A stretch of DNA of 64,000 bases. It comes from Macrostomum lignano. Its lineage: Eukaryota. The stretch is taken from NCBI GenBank assembly GCA_002269645.1, contig NIVC01001677.1:62001-126000 (forward strand), given 5' to 3'. The notes beneath the pieces were generated by a model. That model did no database searches, was not told the origin of the DNA, and saw only the letters and a list, made by a program, of their open reading frames with translations. Of this stretch, positions 38,001 to 50,477 are shown one piece after another. The translations under genes and the position numbers were made by a program. How positions within the stretch are numbered: the stretch's first letter is position 1; each line of letters begins with the position of its first letter.

Positions 38001-38792
38001 TTCTTCTATACTTTATTCAAGAATAGATGTCGTTTTCAATTTTCAGCATGTTATTTAGTCTTTAGTTTCACAGTATGACGTCATAACTAATTGCTACAGC
38101 TCAAGACGCGTCAGATTAATAGACTAAAAATTCATCACGGAATATCAAAGAACTCCAAAGCATTAAACATTCTAACAAAAGTAGCTAAATCGTTTTCGAC
38201 AGACACCCACCTCACTCCCTGATAATTCTTACCCCTCCAAAGACACCCACCTCACTCCCTGATAGTTCTCTACCCCTCCGCAGACACCCACATCACTCCC
38301 TGTTAGTTTCCTACTACTCCATAGACACCCACCTCACCCCCTGATAGTTTTCTACCCCTTCAAAGGCACCCACTTCACTCCTTGATAGTTCTGACCCCTC
38401 CAAAGACACCCACCCCACTCCCTGATAGCTTTCTAACCCTCCGCAGACACCAACTCCACTCCCTGATACCTGATAGTTTCCTACCACTCCATAGACACCC
38501 ACCTCACTCCCTGATAGATGCCTCCAGATCACTGCATAAATTTAAATTTGTCATCATACACAGCTCAGACACTCGAATCCCATACTCATAGGGTTTTGTT
38601 CCCTGTCAATTTGCAGACAACGATCTTGAGTCTGACATCGACTCTGAGCTAGAGAACTCATTCCGGCTTCGACTGAGTGGCGGCGGCACCCTGAAAAGTC
38701 ACCTGACAGCCAGCGGCCAAGTCACACAACAGAAGCCGCCGCCGACGCACGCTGAAGATGAAGACGAAGATTTTGGTGGATTCTACGACTGA
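26055..38792 (+). CDS. KIZ: Kizuna-like centrosomal protein (KIZ/PLK1S1), ~725 aa; exons 26055-26113, 28080-28130, 29093-29626, 30510(or 30519)-30870, 31205-31883, 31972-32094, 37505-37699, 38617-38792
   Basis: N-terminal coiled coil EYLKSTAQLQESILNCESERLNMEQKL and GYYQDLCQRETSMHHRAQQLL match the remembered KIZ N-terminus; central LTGLHCLLDFVD...LWRRLLRH block; SNAYQKLL; acidic end SDIDSELENS...FYD*. Splice phases sum in frame (2178 nt). Confidence 0.8.
27061..27735 (+). CDS. Single-exon hypothetical acidic protein (224 aa, His7 run, basic C-terminal helix) inside Kizuna intron 1
   Basis: Non-repetitive GC3-rich ORF in AT-rich surroundings, ATG to TGA, preceded by cag; its frame is incompatible with inclusion as a KIZ exon. 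Confidence 0.65.
   Translation: MAELSSCQSGPEPSDQSSELDSDDSAFAKTPIRPDDDGDDDSASIASDVSSVSSDASMHFNERGDRTYFHVWSDMLTCNEMTELDLKAETEVPNYVEGDELENPNIHKPLSVDTSLPCPLIQFGPIPKRRSNKKSAASTATDRSDLAGDDTREAEPTENHHHHHHHDDCAEGANEASALSECEGNQQHRDERCCDFSVVAAKNNARHKVEARLRKLERKRLVRY
28264..29037. repeat. 28-bp array (tctgattggtcgggagtcttctgtatga), KIZ intron 2
   Basis: Direct periodicity. Confidence 0.93.
29655..29790 (+). repeat. Dispersed repeat family X
   Basis: Aligns by eye with the reverse complement of 47395-47540 (cacacgctcacacagggtgtac...ccctgacct.atcgtcagg). Confidence 0.65.
30245..30392 (-). mobile_element. tRNA/CORE-like SINE, copy 2 (internally deleted)
   Basis: Near-identical to 14455-14550 plus a truncated head. 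Confidence 0.8.
30975..31156. repeat. 15-bp array (cagtgtcagacagtc), KIZ intron 4
   Basis: Direct periodicity. Confidence 0.93.
32198..32712. repeat. 18-bp array (gatgcttgctatctgggg), KIZ intron 6
   Basis: Direct periodicity. Confidence 0.93.
33210..33677 (-). CDS. CAV: Caveolin, intronless CDS, nested antisense in Kizuna intron 6
   Basis: RDPLKIN, WEEVFGEP (canonical FEDVIAEP), SFDGVWK scaffolding segment, hydrophobic hairpin, LEPL...FSKI C-terminus. Confidence 0.95.
   Translation of the reverse strand: MASSESSSKLQVAESEVHVQMEDESKADVHERDPLKINGDLHVRWEEVFGEPHHTVYSFDGVWKLAHKVYYTVKLWTYRILTLICAVPAACYWGFEFACLACNIIWCWRPALRAFEMQAKMLKLFYSITLSIFLEPLVSTLALCFSKIQVEVVNK
34268..36250. repeat. 45-bp array (ccatagacatcaggctctctctaccttccaactgcactcttagag), ~44 units
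   Basis: Direct periodicity; explains ORF 34915..36201. Confidence 0.95.
36625..37330. repeat. 24-bp array (gttagacagaggatagcgtcacct)
   Basis: Homogeneous centre with diverged edges. Confidence 0.95.
38200..38515 (-). repeat. 39-bp array, left arm of an inverted pair (KIZ intron 7)
   Basis: Units gacacccacctcactccctgatagtttc... are the reverse complement of the 38935-39788 units. Confidence 0.9.
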
Positions 38793-38934
38793 TTTGGGAA
38801 CTAATTGGTCCAGTTTTGTGCCATGATTTGTAGCTAATTATCTTTCAATTAGTCCTTATCGTCACTATCATTCTCGTTCATATATTATTGTAGGAAATTA
38901 ATATATAAATAAGCTGTGAAGGGCAGTAAACGAC

Positions 38935-39788
38935 CAGGGAGTGAGATGGTTGTCTATGGGGGTTGGAAACTATCAGGGAGTGAGATGGGTGTCTATGGGG
39001 GTTGGAAACTATCAGGAAGCGAGATGAGTGTCTATGGGGGTTGGAAACTATCAGGAAGTGAGATGGGTGTCTATGGGGGTTGGAAACTATCAGGGAGTGA
39101 GATGGGTGTCTATGGGGGTTGGAAACTATCAGGAAGTGAGTTGGGTGTCTATGGAGGGGTTGGAAACTATCAGGGAGTGAGATGGGTGTCTATGGAGGGG
39201 TTGGAAACTATCAGGGAGTGAGATGGGTGTCTATGGGGGTTGGAAACTATCAGGAAGTGAGTTGGGTGTCTATGGAGGGGTTGGAAACTATCAGGAAGTG
39301 AGTTGGGTGTCTATGGAGGGGTTGGAAACTATCAGGGAGTGAGATGGGTGTCTATGGGGGTTGGAAACTATCAGGAAGTGAGATGGGTGTCTATGGGGGT
39401 TGGAAACTATCAGGAAGTGAGATGGGTGTCTATGGGGGTTGGAAACTATCAGGGAGTGAGATGGGTGTCTATGGGGGTGGGAAACTATCAGGAAGTGAGA
39501 TGGGTGTCTATGGGGGTTGGAAACTATCAGGAAGTGAGATGGGTGTCTATGGGGGTTGGAAACTATCAGGGAGTGAGATGGGTGTCTATGGGGGTGGGAA
39601 ACTATCAGGAAGTGAGATAAGTGTCTATGGGGGTGGGAAACTACCAGGAAGTGAGATGGGTGTCTATGGGGGTTGGAAACTATCAGGGAGTGAGGTGGGT
39701 GTCTGCAGAGTGGTAGGAAACTATCAGGGAGTGAGATGGGTGTCTTTGGAGGGGTAGGAAACTATCAGGGAGTGGGGCGGGTGTCTTT
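38935..39788 (+). repeat. 39-bp array (ggaaactatcagggagtgagatgggtgtctatgggggtt), right arm of the inverted pair
   Basis: Direct periodicity. Confidence 0.95.
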
Positions 39789-40054
39789 TTTTTAAGAGAA
39801 TTGAAAAGACGCCTGATGGAAGTTTACAAATAAACAAATGTAAACCACCGTTCTGACAATGACAACGTTACAATTTTTATATAAAGCAGGACTTTGTCAC
39901 AATTGTCACAAACATTGTAGGCGAGATGCGGCTTTGTTTTGATTTGAATCGATTTCAGAATACATGTATAATACCATGAGATCGAAGAAAAAATTCGGCC
40001 TTTGTATCAAAGATGCCTAAAGTGGTGTTTATGATGTCCATAAAATTGGTTGTT

Positions 40055-40255
40055 ATGTCACTGAAGTGTGTTTATGTCACTGAAGTGTGTTTATGTCACT
40101 GAAGTGTGTTTATGTCACTGAAAAGTGTTTATGTCACTGAAGTGTGTTTATGTCACTGAAGTGTGTTTATGTCACTGAAGGTTGTTTATGTCACTGAAGT
40201 GTGTTTATGTCACTGAAGTGTGTTTATGTCACTGAAGTGTGATTTATGTCGCTGA
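40055..40255. repeat. 19-bp array (tgtcactgaagtgtgttta)
   Basis: Direct periodicity. Confidence 0.9.
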
Positions 40256-41137
40256 ACTCATTTTTATATGCCACTAAAACTTGTCTTAAATCGTGCTTAA
40301 ATTTATGGAAATATGAATAGTTGTCAACTTCTGTCTTTAAGGTTAGGAGACGTATAGTTATGTTGCAGTCTCAGTCAGTTTTTGTAACTGCAAATAACTT
40401 GAATCTGGAGGCAACTTACGAGGCCCACTCGTAGATTGCTATGAATAATAATTAAGTAATCTTCATACAATCAAAATATAATCACCTTGTGAAATTTTAC
40501 CAATTAAAATCAGCATGTCTTGAGAGCGGTTATATCTGCTTGCGCAAATGTGAGGATTTCTATACAGGTAACTTTATAACTGTGACAGTGCATGTGCATA
40601 ACTACATTCGAAGGTTATTAGTGGGGACATAATAACGGTAAGCCTTATAGACTTAGTATATACATCCAACTAAATAAATTAAACTATAAGTTGAACTTGA
40701 GTAATTTAGCTTAAAATCTATTTTATTACAACGAGAAAAAGATATCGCTTTATTTGTAGTAATTATTTTGCCAGGTGCCGTGCGCTAATTTCGAAAATAT
40801 TCAATCTGGAAGGTGCAACGCCGAAGTAAACGAGTACTGTGCACTTGTGCCTGCGGGTAAAACATGTACGCAGACACACATACTCGTAGGGGCGCTTTGT
40901 GCGAGCACAAATCCCAAAAAGTTAAGCCTTGTCCAGTGTCCATGACTCCATTTTTCGATCCTCAATCTTTTTTTCAAAAATATACCGAGGCAAATTTCAA
41001 TCGCCTGCTCGAAGGTAAAAAGTTTCAAAGTTTCCCATCTTCTCAGACAGAAGATCAGAATACTGAACGTCTTTATGTTTAAATCGGCAAGTACAGTGCA
41101 AAAACTGTCTCTGCATTGATGCTTCCAGAGACGCTCG

Positions 41138-44100
41138 TTAATTAGTCGCAGTCGTTTCGTCAACGGCCGTTCCAATCATGGAGGCGTTGTAGTTCTTTAC
41201 CAGATCGGCCCGGTTGAACACCACGGCGTAGACCTTGGGCAGGAACAGGATGCTCACCGCGAACAGGTTGGTGAACAGCAGAACGAAGACCAGCAGAGCG
41301 CCTGCTGACGTCAGCGAGGCCATCGTGACGAGGCTGGGAATGAAGGCGATCCACACGAAGGTGGCGCACGCCGTGAAGGCCAGGATGCACTTGCTGTCGT
41401 GGAAATTGTCCGGCAGGCTGCGAACTCGCACGGCCAGCGAGCACGTGACCAGCATGAGCATCAGGTTGAGCGCGTAGGGAATCCACAGGCTGCTGGAGAA
41501 GTAGTCGCACTGGAACTCCACGACGGGTCTGGCGTCGGATCGGAGACCGTTGAGCAGCAGCTTGACGGGGCGGATCGGACGCGTACTGAGAACGCTGCAC
41601 AGTAGCACCACCTGAGGATTAGAGAGGACAGCTACATCAATGTTTTAGAGCAGCTCGATTCATTCCGATCTCAGCACACACACTCAGCAACATGTTAGAG
41701 AATTTTCGCTCCAAAACCAGCGATTAAACTTCTCTCAGATCTCAGCCCCAAGTGACGCAATTCACGCCACTCCCGCGGCTCTCGACTCAACTGTGGATGA
41801 GGCAATTTGCGCCACAATTGGCCCCAGCTTCCGCTGTTGAGGAGAGAATGGAGAGTTATGGCTAAGAGGTTGGATTAATGCCCGTCTCATCTTTGCATTA
41901 GCGTGAAATAGGTGTAGGATAATGGCATCTGTGCTGGGCAAACTGCATATGCAATGCAATTGTTTAGTATTTTGTGTTGATGTCTTTCAGAATTAGTTCA
42001 ACTAGATTTTGAAGTTCTCGTGAAAACTACATTGTGCTGAAACATTGGCCGCTCTCCTACTATTTTAACTCTACTTTGAACCTGGATGCATTGCTAGAAT
42101 GAATGACGTTGGTAAGAGGTTGCTATCCTCTATATCGGAAGACCTTTTTCGAGAAATTCCCATTCAAATTAAACTACGAAACAAGCAAAATACTCGAAAG
42201 CCTCACAAAGTACACCGAAATCCTAGGCGTGTACCTACTTAGTTTAGCAGTATTTGAGCACAACATTCTCGAGTGTAGGTTGTAAATGGAAAGAACAAAA
42301 ACACTGTACTTTGGTTTACTGACTTTTATTTTTAGGCAGTCTTGTTAAACTAAAAGAAGGCAAGAATTTTTAAATATAAATTCAACCAAGACCACAGAAT
42401 ACTGTCACCCAGACCGTCTTAGTGACCCGGGAAATGTAGGTAGTTCTGCACAGGGGCGTACAGGGGGGACAGGCAGGACATGTCCCCCCAGTAAAAGCAG
42501 TCTTGTGACCTGTTGTGAAAATAAATATTGCAATAATAGTGTTTCAGAGTGCTAAAATATAGCACATGCGGCACCAAAATGAGTGCCTGCGGCGCTAAAA
42601 TGAGAGCCTGTGTCGCCAAAATGAGCGCCGACAACACGGATTTTATTTAGAGTCATGTGCATCTAAATGTAAAATTCTTGGTTTTGTTGCCCCCAACATG
42701 AAATCAATTGCAACCCCCTGCTTCTGCAATAACCGTTAGTTCGAAATAAAGCTGCAATGATAAAAAAGTAACTATTGACTATCCCTCAGCGATCTCGTGG
42801 GCTTTCAATTTCGTATCACTAGTAGAGATGCTATACTGCAGAGCTGCATATATCGAGTCATTACATATAAAGCCAAGATCTAAGCCTAAACTATCGTATA
42901 ACAATCGAGATGTAAAAAGTCCAAATGTTTTCTGACTGATCATTACTCCGCGCAGACGATTGAATTCCTAATTGCAACTGGATCCCACTGACAAAAAATT
43001 GCACAGCACAACGGGCAGACAGATTATTGCAGAAAGAAAGGAGAGTTTTTCATGTACTCTAATATACCATCAATATTGATACTGTCGAAGTCTGTGGACA
43101 AAAAACTGGATAAGCTTTTGGATTGATGCTTTAGCAGAAAAAAACTCACCTGCAACAGGCAAACTACGATTGTCATCACAACCACAGCTTTACGCCCGGT
43201 AAAGCTGAGTCCAGATGCGCCGCGCATGGAGCCCACGAACACGCGGTAGATCCGAGCGCTCTTGGTCAGCAGAGCCGCGTACACCATCGTGAGGCTGAAG
43301 TGGTACAGAAACGCCTGCACGTTGCACACGGTGAGCGACGGCTCGCCGAAGAACAGCGCCACGTCGACGAGTCCGAGCTGGATGCCGACCTGTTGGAACA
43401 CGCTCAGCTCTAGCGAGGACGCCTTCAGCAGCGGCACGTTCGACCTGGCCAAGAAGAACACTCCGGTCGCCATGGTGACCGCAGAGCCGAGCGCCGACAC
43501 GCCGATGAACACGATGCCGCTAGTGTCACTCGGTCGGAGGACGGTCAGCGCGAGCGGCTCGCAGCGAGAGTAGTTCGAGCTCGGCCAGGTAAGCGAGGCG
43601 CACTTCTCGCACAACGTACCGTTCGACCCTACGATCTCGTCGGAGCTGCACGGTCTGCACACCCAGCAGCACTTGCTCACCTGCACTCGGTACTCGCGAT
43701 TGCCGCACGGTAGAGAGCACACACTTGTTGGTACCGAGCGTTGGTCGCTCGCGTCTCCAGGCCACGAGATCAGGCTTCGATTCATGCTGAGACCGTGCTC
43801 AGAGCTCCACACACCGACAGTCACTCTCGAGCTCACCTGTTTGCTGCTCTGGTAGAGCACAACATAGGAAGCGGGACCGTTTCCGTTGCTGTCGAGTTTC
43901 ACCTCTCCCGTGTAGCCGGTGAAGTTCGTTCGGTACAGCTGCCTCAGCAGCAGCGGTCCGGTCACGCAATGCAGCAGCGCCGACTTGTTCAGCCTCGGCT
44001 CCAGGCTGGTTGCGCACTCCGACCTGGCCACCGCGTCGATCGCGTGGGCGAACAAGAGAAACGCGTCCAGCATCCGAGCGACTGGAGCGACAATGCTGGA

Positions 44101-45201
44101 CGGGGTGAAGCTGCTCGACTCGGACACTCGACGAGACGAGTTCGTAGTGCAACAGGCACACGTTGAGCAGTTCATCAGCTGATCAAACATGATTGCACCG
44201 TTGTACATTTTAGAGAGGTCAGAGTAGGTAAGGTTCAGGTACCACTGCATCAAGTCGGGTGTTGGGAACAGGCTGAAGTAGACAGTAAAAGATGCGTTCG
44301 CATAGGCATTGGTGTTATAACCCGTATCGCTAAAGATCAGAATGATGCCAGCCTTGCCAAGAACACTAAAAATATTTTCCGAGGTTCTGCTGACCGAGTT
44401 GAGCCACACCACAGCTTTCATATTCTGCTGAGACTCCACTGTTTCCAGGATCTCGCTGTCCTGTGTTGCGCCAGTGATTGGTATGATGAAGGCCAAGCAG
44501 GCTTCTGGAAATCTAATTGGCAGGCTTGACGAAAACTGCAGGGCTATGTTGGTGAAGTATAAGTTGCTGGCGTCATACACTACGCCGATGTAGGTCCAGT
44601 CGAACTCGCGAGCCAGGTCTATCATGACGACGGCCTGGTAGGAGTCCGGACTCACCAGCCTGACCACGTTGGGAAATCTGGTGCGGTCGCTAAGCGAGTC
44701 ACTGCTGCACTCCGTGCCGACCATGGGGACTTTGAATGGCTGCAAAGCGAACGAAAGAACCTGCGTCTCCGCGCTTGACCAGCCTCCTACAACTCCGTGC
44801 AAAGGCCTCTTCGAGCTGCTGGCAGGCCATGAGGTGCCGTTGCAGCCGCTAGGAATGCCGGTATCAGGCGAGTGACTTTTCCAGGCCGGGGATACTCGAT
44901 TGGCGGCCTCAATGGCCACCGTCTCCTTGTAGCAGGTCTCCAGAAAGGCCAAGCCCAGACTAATGTTGTTTGCACCGAACAGCAGATCCGGCCGAGTTTG
45001 AATTTTCTCCCGAATGAACCGGGGTAGAATCTGTCTCAGTAAGGCTGCTTCAGTGAGGCTGCTCGGACACTGGCCGGTGCCGTGCAGAAGGCCGATTGTG
45101 ATTTCACCGGGCATGCAGTATCCATCGACAGCCTGGCAAACTGGTGTACGCTGTAGTCCCAGCAGTAGCAGTGACAGGATGATCACACCTTTTGATCGCA
45201 T
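41138..45201 (-). CDS. Class C (metabotropic glutamate receptor-like) GPCR, paralog A, ~841 aa; exons 43150-45201 and 41138-41611
   Basis: Signal peptide; Venus flytrap motifs (GGWSSA, LSDRTRFPNVVR, WTYIGVVY); Cys-rich PTSVCSLPC...KCCWVCRPC; 7TM with TKSARIYRVF, PDNFHDSK and LFLPKVY; phase-0 GT-AG intron. Confidence 0.95.
42451..42720. mobile_element. hAT-like MITE, copy 2 (in the GPCR A intron)
   Basis: CAGGGG...CCCCTG termini; 7/8 TSD gttctgca/cttctgca; collinear with 1850-2277. Confidence 0.8.
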
Positions 45202-47394
45202 GCTTTTACCTGGTTTTTTGAGCGGTTAGTTTTTGCGCTTAGTTTTGACGGAGATAAATACGTCATGAGAAAGCCCCGGCTCAAAGTCAAGGCATCACGT
45301 TTTATATCTAGAGCGTTTTATCCACTTTGTCACGCGAATCACCTTTTTATTAGGCGCAATAATCACTGCCATAATCCGCTCCTTTTTCTCGATGGGAACT
45401 CATTCTTCGCAAAGAAAGACTGGTAGCGCCACTTTCTATTGATATTGTTTCGTCCCCGTCCAAAAGGGTGGAGGCTTGAGCCAAAATCGGGGTGCAGGGT
45501 CTGCATCTGCTCAATTTTTTGTGTAGATTGCGGTATACACGAGAGGATAGATTACAATGGATACTCGTATGGCTATTTATATTCGAAGATATCATACGTG
45601 ATTACATTGAATTTAAAAAAGGCTTGTTACTCATGCAAAAACTGTCAGGCAAAAAGCAAGGCTGTCTGCCACAGAGAGACTTACCGATTGTTGTTAGCAA
45701 AAAAAACGCAGCGGACTGCATGACTCGAACCCAGGCGAATCCCTCACTGGTTGGGAAATCCTGTGGGATTTAGTGTTATACCTGACTAATCTCTTGTTCG
45801 GGAGATGGAGGCAGCAAATGGGCCTTGCCCCACTCACTTGCCGGGTGAACTCATTGGCTGGCGAAGGAATGTGTAATGACGTCTCAAAGTCTGTTTCGAG
45901 ACTAACAGTTTATTATTTTACCTTCTCAGATTTTAATCCGCTCTTGGCCAGAAAAAACCCATGTCCAGATTATTGAAATCTTTTCGAATACCTTTAAGCC
46001 AGATTTAATATATATCTATATTACAGTCTTCTAGCTTTGCTTTCTTTCAAAAATCTGAATTTAATTGAAAAACATTTGAGCAGGTGATGGGTGTACGATA
46101 ATTGCCATCCAAGTCTACATTGTACGAGCGTCTATTGTCTAGTGTATCTCACTTCTCGTAGAATGTATCGATTTCTTTGAGTTTTTGCTTGTTACAGTTT
46201 AGTTATTTCCAAGCCGGAAAAGTAACTAAATCGTAGTAAGCATTTGCTCTTTACTCTTGAGGGTTGGGAGAGCAGATTAAGCAAACAGAAAAACCTGTCT
46301 AAACTGAACTCTCAAATGCCATGCAGAGTCGTGAAAGCTGAGCTCTGAAACATCCGATGAAATCGTTAGCATACGGCCTGCATGTATGCAAGTCTTCACC
46401 TCGGGTATTGAGATGCGAATTTGATACAACTTGGTGTCGTTAATCTCTCAAAAGTCGATGCCTATCGAATGCATCGATTCCATTCGCAGAGAGATTGCTT
46501 TCAAACACAAGGATATCATTGAGTAAATGAGCGCTCTTTACGATCGAACGCTAAGACTAATCAAACTAATGATGCTTGAGTCTCGAATTCGCAAGATAAG
46601 GATTCGAGCTCAAGAGCTCTCTTTAACTTTCGTAAGCTAGCTGGCGGTAGCCTTAGCAAGGTTGGGCTTAGCGCGTATTGATTTGTATACTTGTCAACAT
46701 TAACGCAATCGGCCATCAAAGTAGAAGGACTCTGCAGATTTCCTTGGAGGAGTCGGTTTTCGGCTGACAAAATATGCATTAACGAGATTTCTTATTTCAA
46801 CTTTGGCAGTCAATAGGCAGTTTATGGACTTCCGAATTGTATATGGAGGTGTGGCCAAAAAGTAACCAGAATTTTACTTCTGATGCCAGTTTTAAATGCA
46901 CTCCTGGAAGCCCTCCGTCGATATGTCTCCTAATACGCGTACCAGTCTTACCAGTCTTAGGAAATGATGTTTCAGCCTAACATTGCGGCATTGAACGTGC
47001 TTCGTGCGCTGGTGCATTGTCGTGATGCAGCAACCAGGGCATTGTGCTCCTACTGTTAACGTCAAACCCGCCGCATGCTCAACATCAACCTCTCGAGGAC
47101 TTCGCGATAAAAGTGCCGATTCATTGTGACACAAACTCTTGATGTGATCTCTTTTCGCTTTTCCATGATGTGATATACATGTAGGGCTTCATTGACAAAC
47201 TGTTTCTAGATCTGTCTAGAAGCATTATACTAAAGTGATACCAAATTTTGTTGCAACGTTGTTTGCTTCCTGCTCCCCGGTAGAATTTCATAAAAATTAG
47301 TTCGGCAAACATGCAATGCAATCATTGATACGCTCGTACCTCACCCAGCTCGTGTGAATTTAAGATTGGTACAGGCTTGTAAACTGACTAGGGG

Positions 47395-47540
47395 GTTTGC
47401 CGTACAATCCACAGCCATATCATGAGGGCCAGCCTCCAAGGCACAGAGAGTGCACATGCCTGACGATCAGGTCAGGGCCAGTCAGGTCAGGGTCAGTACA
47501 CCCTGTGTGAGCGTGTGTGCCTGCGTGTTGGAGTATTGGC
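47395..47540 (-). repeat. Dispersed repeat family X
   Basis: See 29655-29790. Confidence 0.65.
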
Positions 47541-47969
47541 GCGCTTGCGTGTGCTCAGGAGTCAGAGGAATGGGGCAGAATTGTTTGTAGCTCTGGCTGT
47601 GGGTCGTTGCGCGAGGGTGTCCGCAGCCCTCCTGGGAATATTATTTGCTATTAAACGTACTTTTTCGCTCCAATTGCAATCCAGAAGTCCAGGATGCGAC
47701 AAATCGACAAATAAAGCGATGTGTTTTCAGTGAAGATCGCGCAGTGCAAGAGTGTAGCTAATGCAGCCTTCTGCTTTAGTTGTCAATGGTTGATGTAGTA
47801 GCTAGCATTCCTCTCTTTTTGAATCTGTTGGTAGTAATAGGTATAGCATTTTTACATTTATTTTTGCATGATTTTACTGATTGGATGAGAACTCACACGA
47901 GATATCAGAAGAGCTTTGAACTCACATTACTCTCGTAGCTACAGTTAGTGTACTTTTAGTGTTGCTTAA

Positions 47970-48128
47970 GGGGTTGTAAGCCTAGTGGTTAGAGTGTCGG
48001 ACTCACGACTGAGAGCTTCAGTTCACCCATCTGTAAACTAAGTACCAGCATTAGCTGGGGTAGTCGAGGGTGTGTGTGGCGACCCCCCAGTCCTTGGACT
48101 GAACAGCCGTACGCAGCCTTCAGATGCG
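47970..48128 (+). mobile_element. tRNA/CORE-like SINE, copy 3 (internal deletion)
   Basis: agtggttagagtgtcggactcacgact head and gtccttggactgaacagccgtacgcagccttcagatg tail shared with copy 1. Confidence 0.78.
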
Positions 48129-48727
48129 CCGCGCAATAGCTGCGGCTGAGCTGTCGGTTGCACCTCTGCCCACTAGGGCACGTATAATGATAAAAGTTTA
48201 CTTCAAAAAATCTCAGAGATCCGACGGTGAGATCTCATCCTACTCTCTTATACCAGGTATAACCGATATGGATATCCGGCGCCACGGATTGGGCCGGCCG
48301 CGTGGCGTTCATTCGCGAACTGGCCTTGAGGTGCACCCTGTGACGCTGAACGCGTATTCTATTGTTGTAGTTGTTATAATCGATATCGATTTTCAAACCA
48401 AGCTCGGTGCCTTTCTTTCTATGTACTTTTACTGTACATTTGTGTTTTGCACAATGATCTTTATTTGTTTAAATTCTTGTTCATTACTGTATTTCTTCGG
48501 TAGCATACCATAGTAATACAATAATGTACACTAAGAAACCTTGACGAGATCTCAACGAAAATTAGCATAAGTACATTATCGAGTTAATGGCACTCTCGGA
48601 ATGATTAAATCTATAATCTTCTTTCAGATCTCAACAGAGATCTCATAACCTCCACCCTCTCAGCCCAAATCAAAGATTAGGAATTGACTTTGGCTACTAA
48701 ACAATAATTTGTCTTGATATCCTTGAA

Positions 48728-50045
48728 ATCCCCATGACTGAAATCCCCATGACTGAAATCCCCGTGACTGAAATCCCCGTGACTGAAATCCCCGCGACTC
48801 AAATCCCCGTGACTAGAATCCCCGTGACTGCAATCCCCGTGACTGAAATCCCCGTGACTGAAATCCCCGTGACTGAAATCCCCGTGACTGAAATCCCCGT
48901 GACTGAAATCCCCGTGACTGAAATCCCCATGACTGAAATCCCCGTGACTGAAATCCCCGTGACTGAAATCCCCGCGACTCAAATCCCCGCGACTCAAATC
49001 CCCGTGACTGAAATCCCCGTGACTGAAATCCCCGTGACTGAAATCCCCGTGACTGAAATCCCCGCGACTCAAATCCCCGTGACTGGAATCCCCGTGACTG
49101 CAATCCCCGTGACTGAAATCCCCGTGACTGAAATCCCCATGACTGAAATCCCCGTGACTGAAATCCCCGTGACTGAAATCCCCGCGACTCAAATCCCCGT
49201 GACTGGAATCCCCGTGACTGCAATCCCCGTGACTGAAATCCCCGTGACTGAAATCCCCGTGACTGCAATCCCCGTGACTCAAATCCCCGCGACTCAAATC
49301 CCCGCGACTCAAATCCCCGTGACTGAAATCCCCGTGACTGAAATCCCCGTGACTGCAATCCCCGTGACTGCAATCCCCGTGACTGCAATCCCCGTGACTG
49401 AAATCCCCGTGACTGAAATCCCCGTGACTGCAATCCCCGTGACTGAAATCCCCGTGACTGAAATCCCCGTGACTGAAATCCCCGTGACTGCAATCCCCGT
49501 GACTGAAATCCCCGTGACTGAAATCCCCGTGACTGAAATCCCCGTGACTGAAATCCCCGTGACTGCAATCCCCGTGACTGAAATCCCCGTGACTGCAATC
49601 CCCGTGACTGCAATCCCCGTGACTGCAATCCCCGTGACTGAAATCCCCGTGACTGCAATCCCCGTGACTGAAATCCCCGTGACTGAAATCCCCGTGACTG
49701 GAATCCCGTGACTGAAATCCCCGTGACTGAAATCCCCGTGACTGAAATCCCCGTGACTGAAATCCCCGTGACTGAAATCCCCGTGACTGAAATCCCCGTG
49801 ACTGAAATCCCCGTGACTGAAATCCCCGTGACTGAAATCCCCGTGACTGAAATCCCCGTGACTGAAATCCCCGTGACTGAAATCCCCGTGACTGAAATCC
49901 CCGTGACTGAAATCCCCGTGACTGAAATCCCCGTGACTGAAATCCCCGTGACTGAAATCCCCGTGACTGAAATCCCCGTGACTGAAATCCCCGTGACTGA
50001 AATCCCCGTGACTGAAATCCCATCATTGAAATCCTGGTGATTGAA
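48728..50045. repeat. 15-bp array (gactgaaatccccgt)
   Basis: Direct periodicity; explains four long ORFs. Confidence 0.95.
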
Positions 50046-50477
50046 ATCCCAAAAACTCAAATCCCTGTGACTGAAAAGCCCCGGCTAAGGAGCGCTGTGT
50101 ATGGCCATTGCTCAACCAATCAGGTAAATGTCGAGACTGCACTAGCAAACGCGCACTAGCATGCATACAATTAAAATGGACCTGCTGATGTCGCATCAGA
50201 TTGAAGCTCATTGCTGTATGAGGACGCTTACTAGGCCACACGATAACTGCGTAAGTGAACTGTCAATCTGGAGTAATTACTTCGCTCCTAAATCGTTGCT
50301 AAAATTATAGTCCAATTTTTCAGACACGTACTACAGTGATTCTCGTAGGAACTCTACCGTGACTTTTACTTAGAAAGTGGATTTGTATGAAACTTAACAT
50401 GAAAAGGTTTTACCAAGGTTATAGATTGCGTAACCTTGGCTTCTGCTACATAGGTCTGTTTCTAAAAGCAATTCAGA

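Noticed and set aside
46600-46740. Similarity to the foldback core at 58670-58800 (taagctagctg, aaagtagaaggac)
   Set aside because: Two short matches only; insufficient without an alignment.
47455-47500. Hammerhead or HDV-like ribozyme (CUGACGA motif; GCGAAU at ~29772)
   Set aside because: No GAAA or stem II for a hammerhead, and the HDV pairings are not conserved among the three copies.
40801-48513. Short ORFs around and between the GPCRs, including antisense and shifted frames of the GPCR exons
   Set aside because: They are shadows of real GC-rich CDS or have no recognisable motifs.
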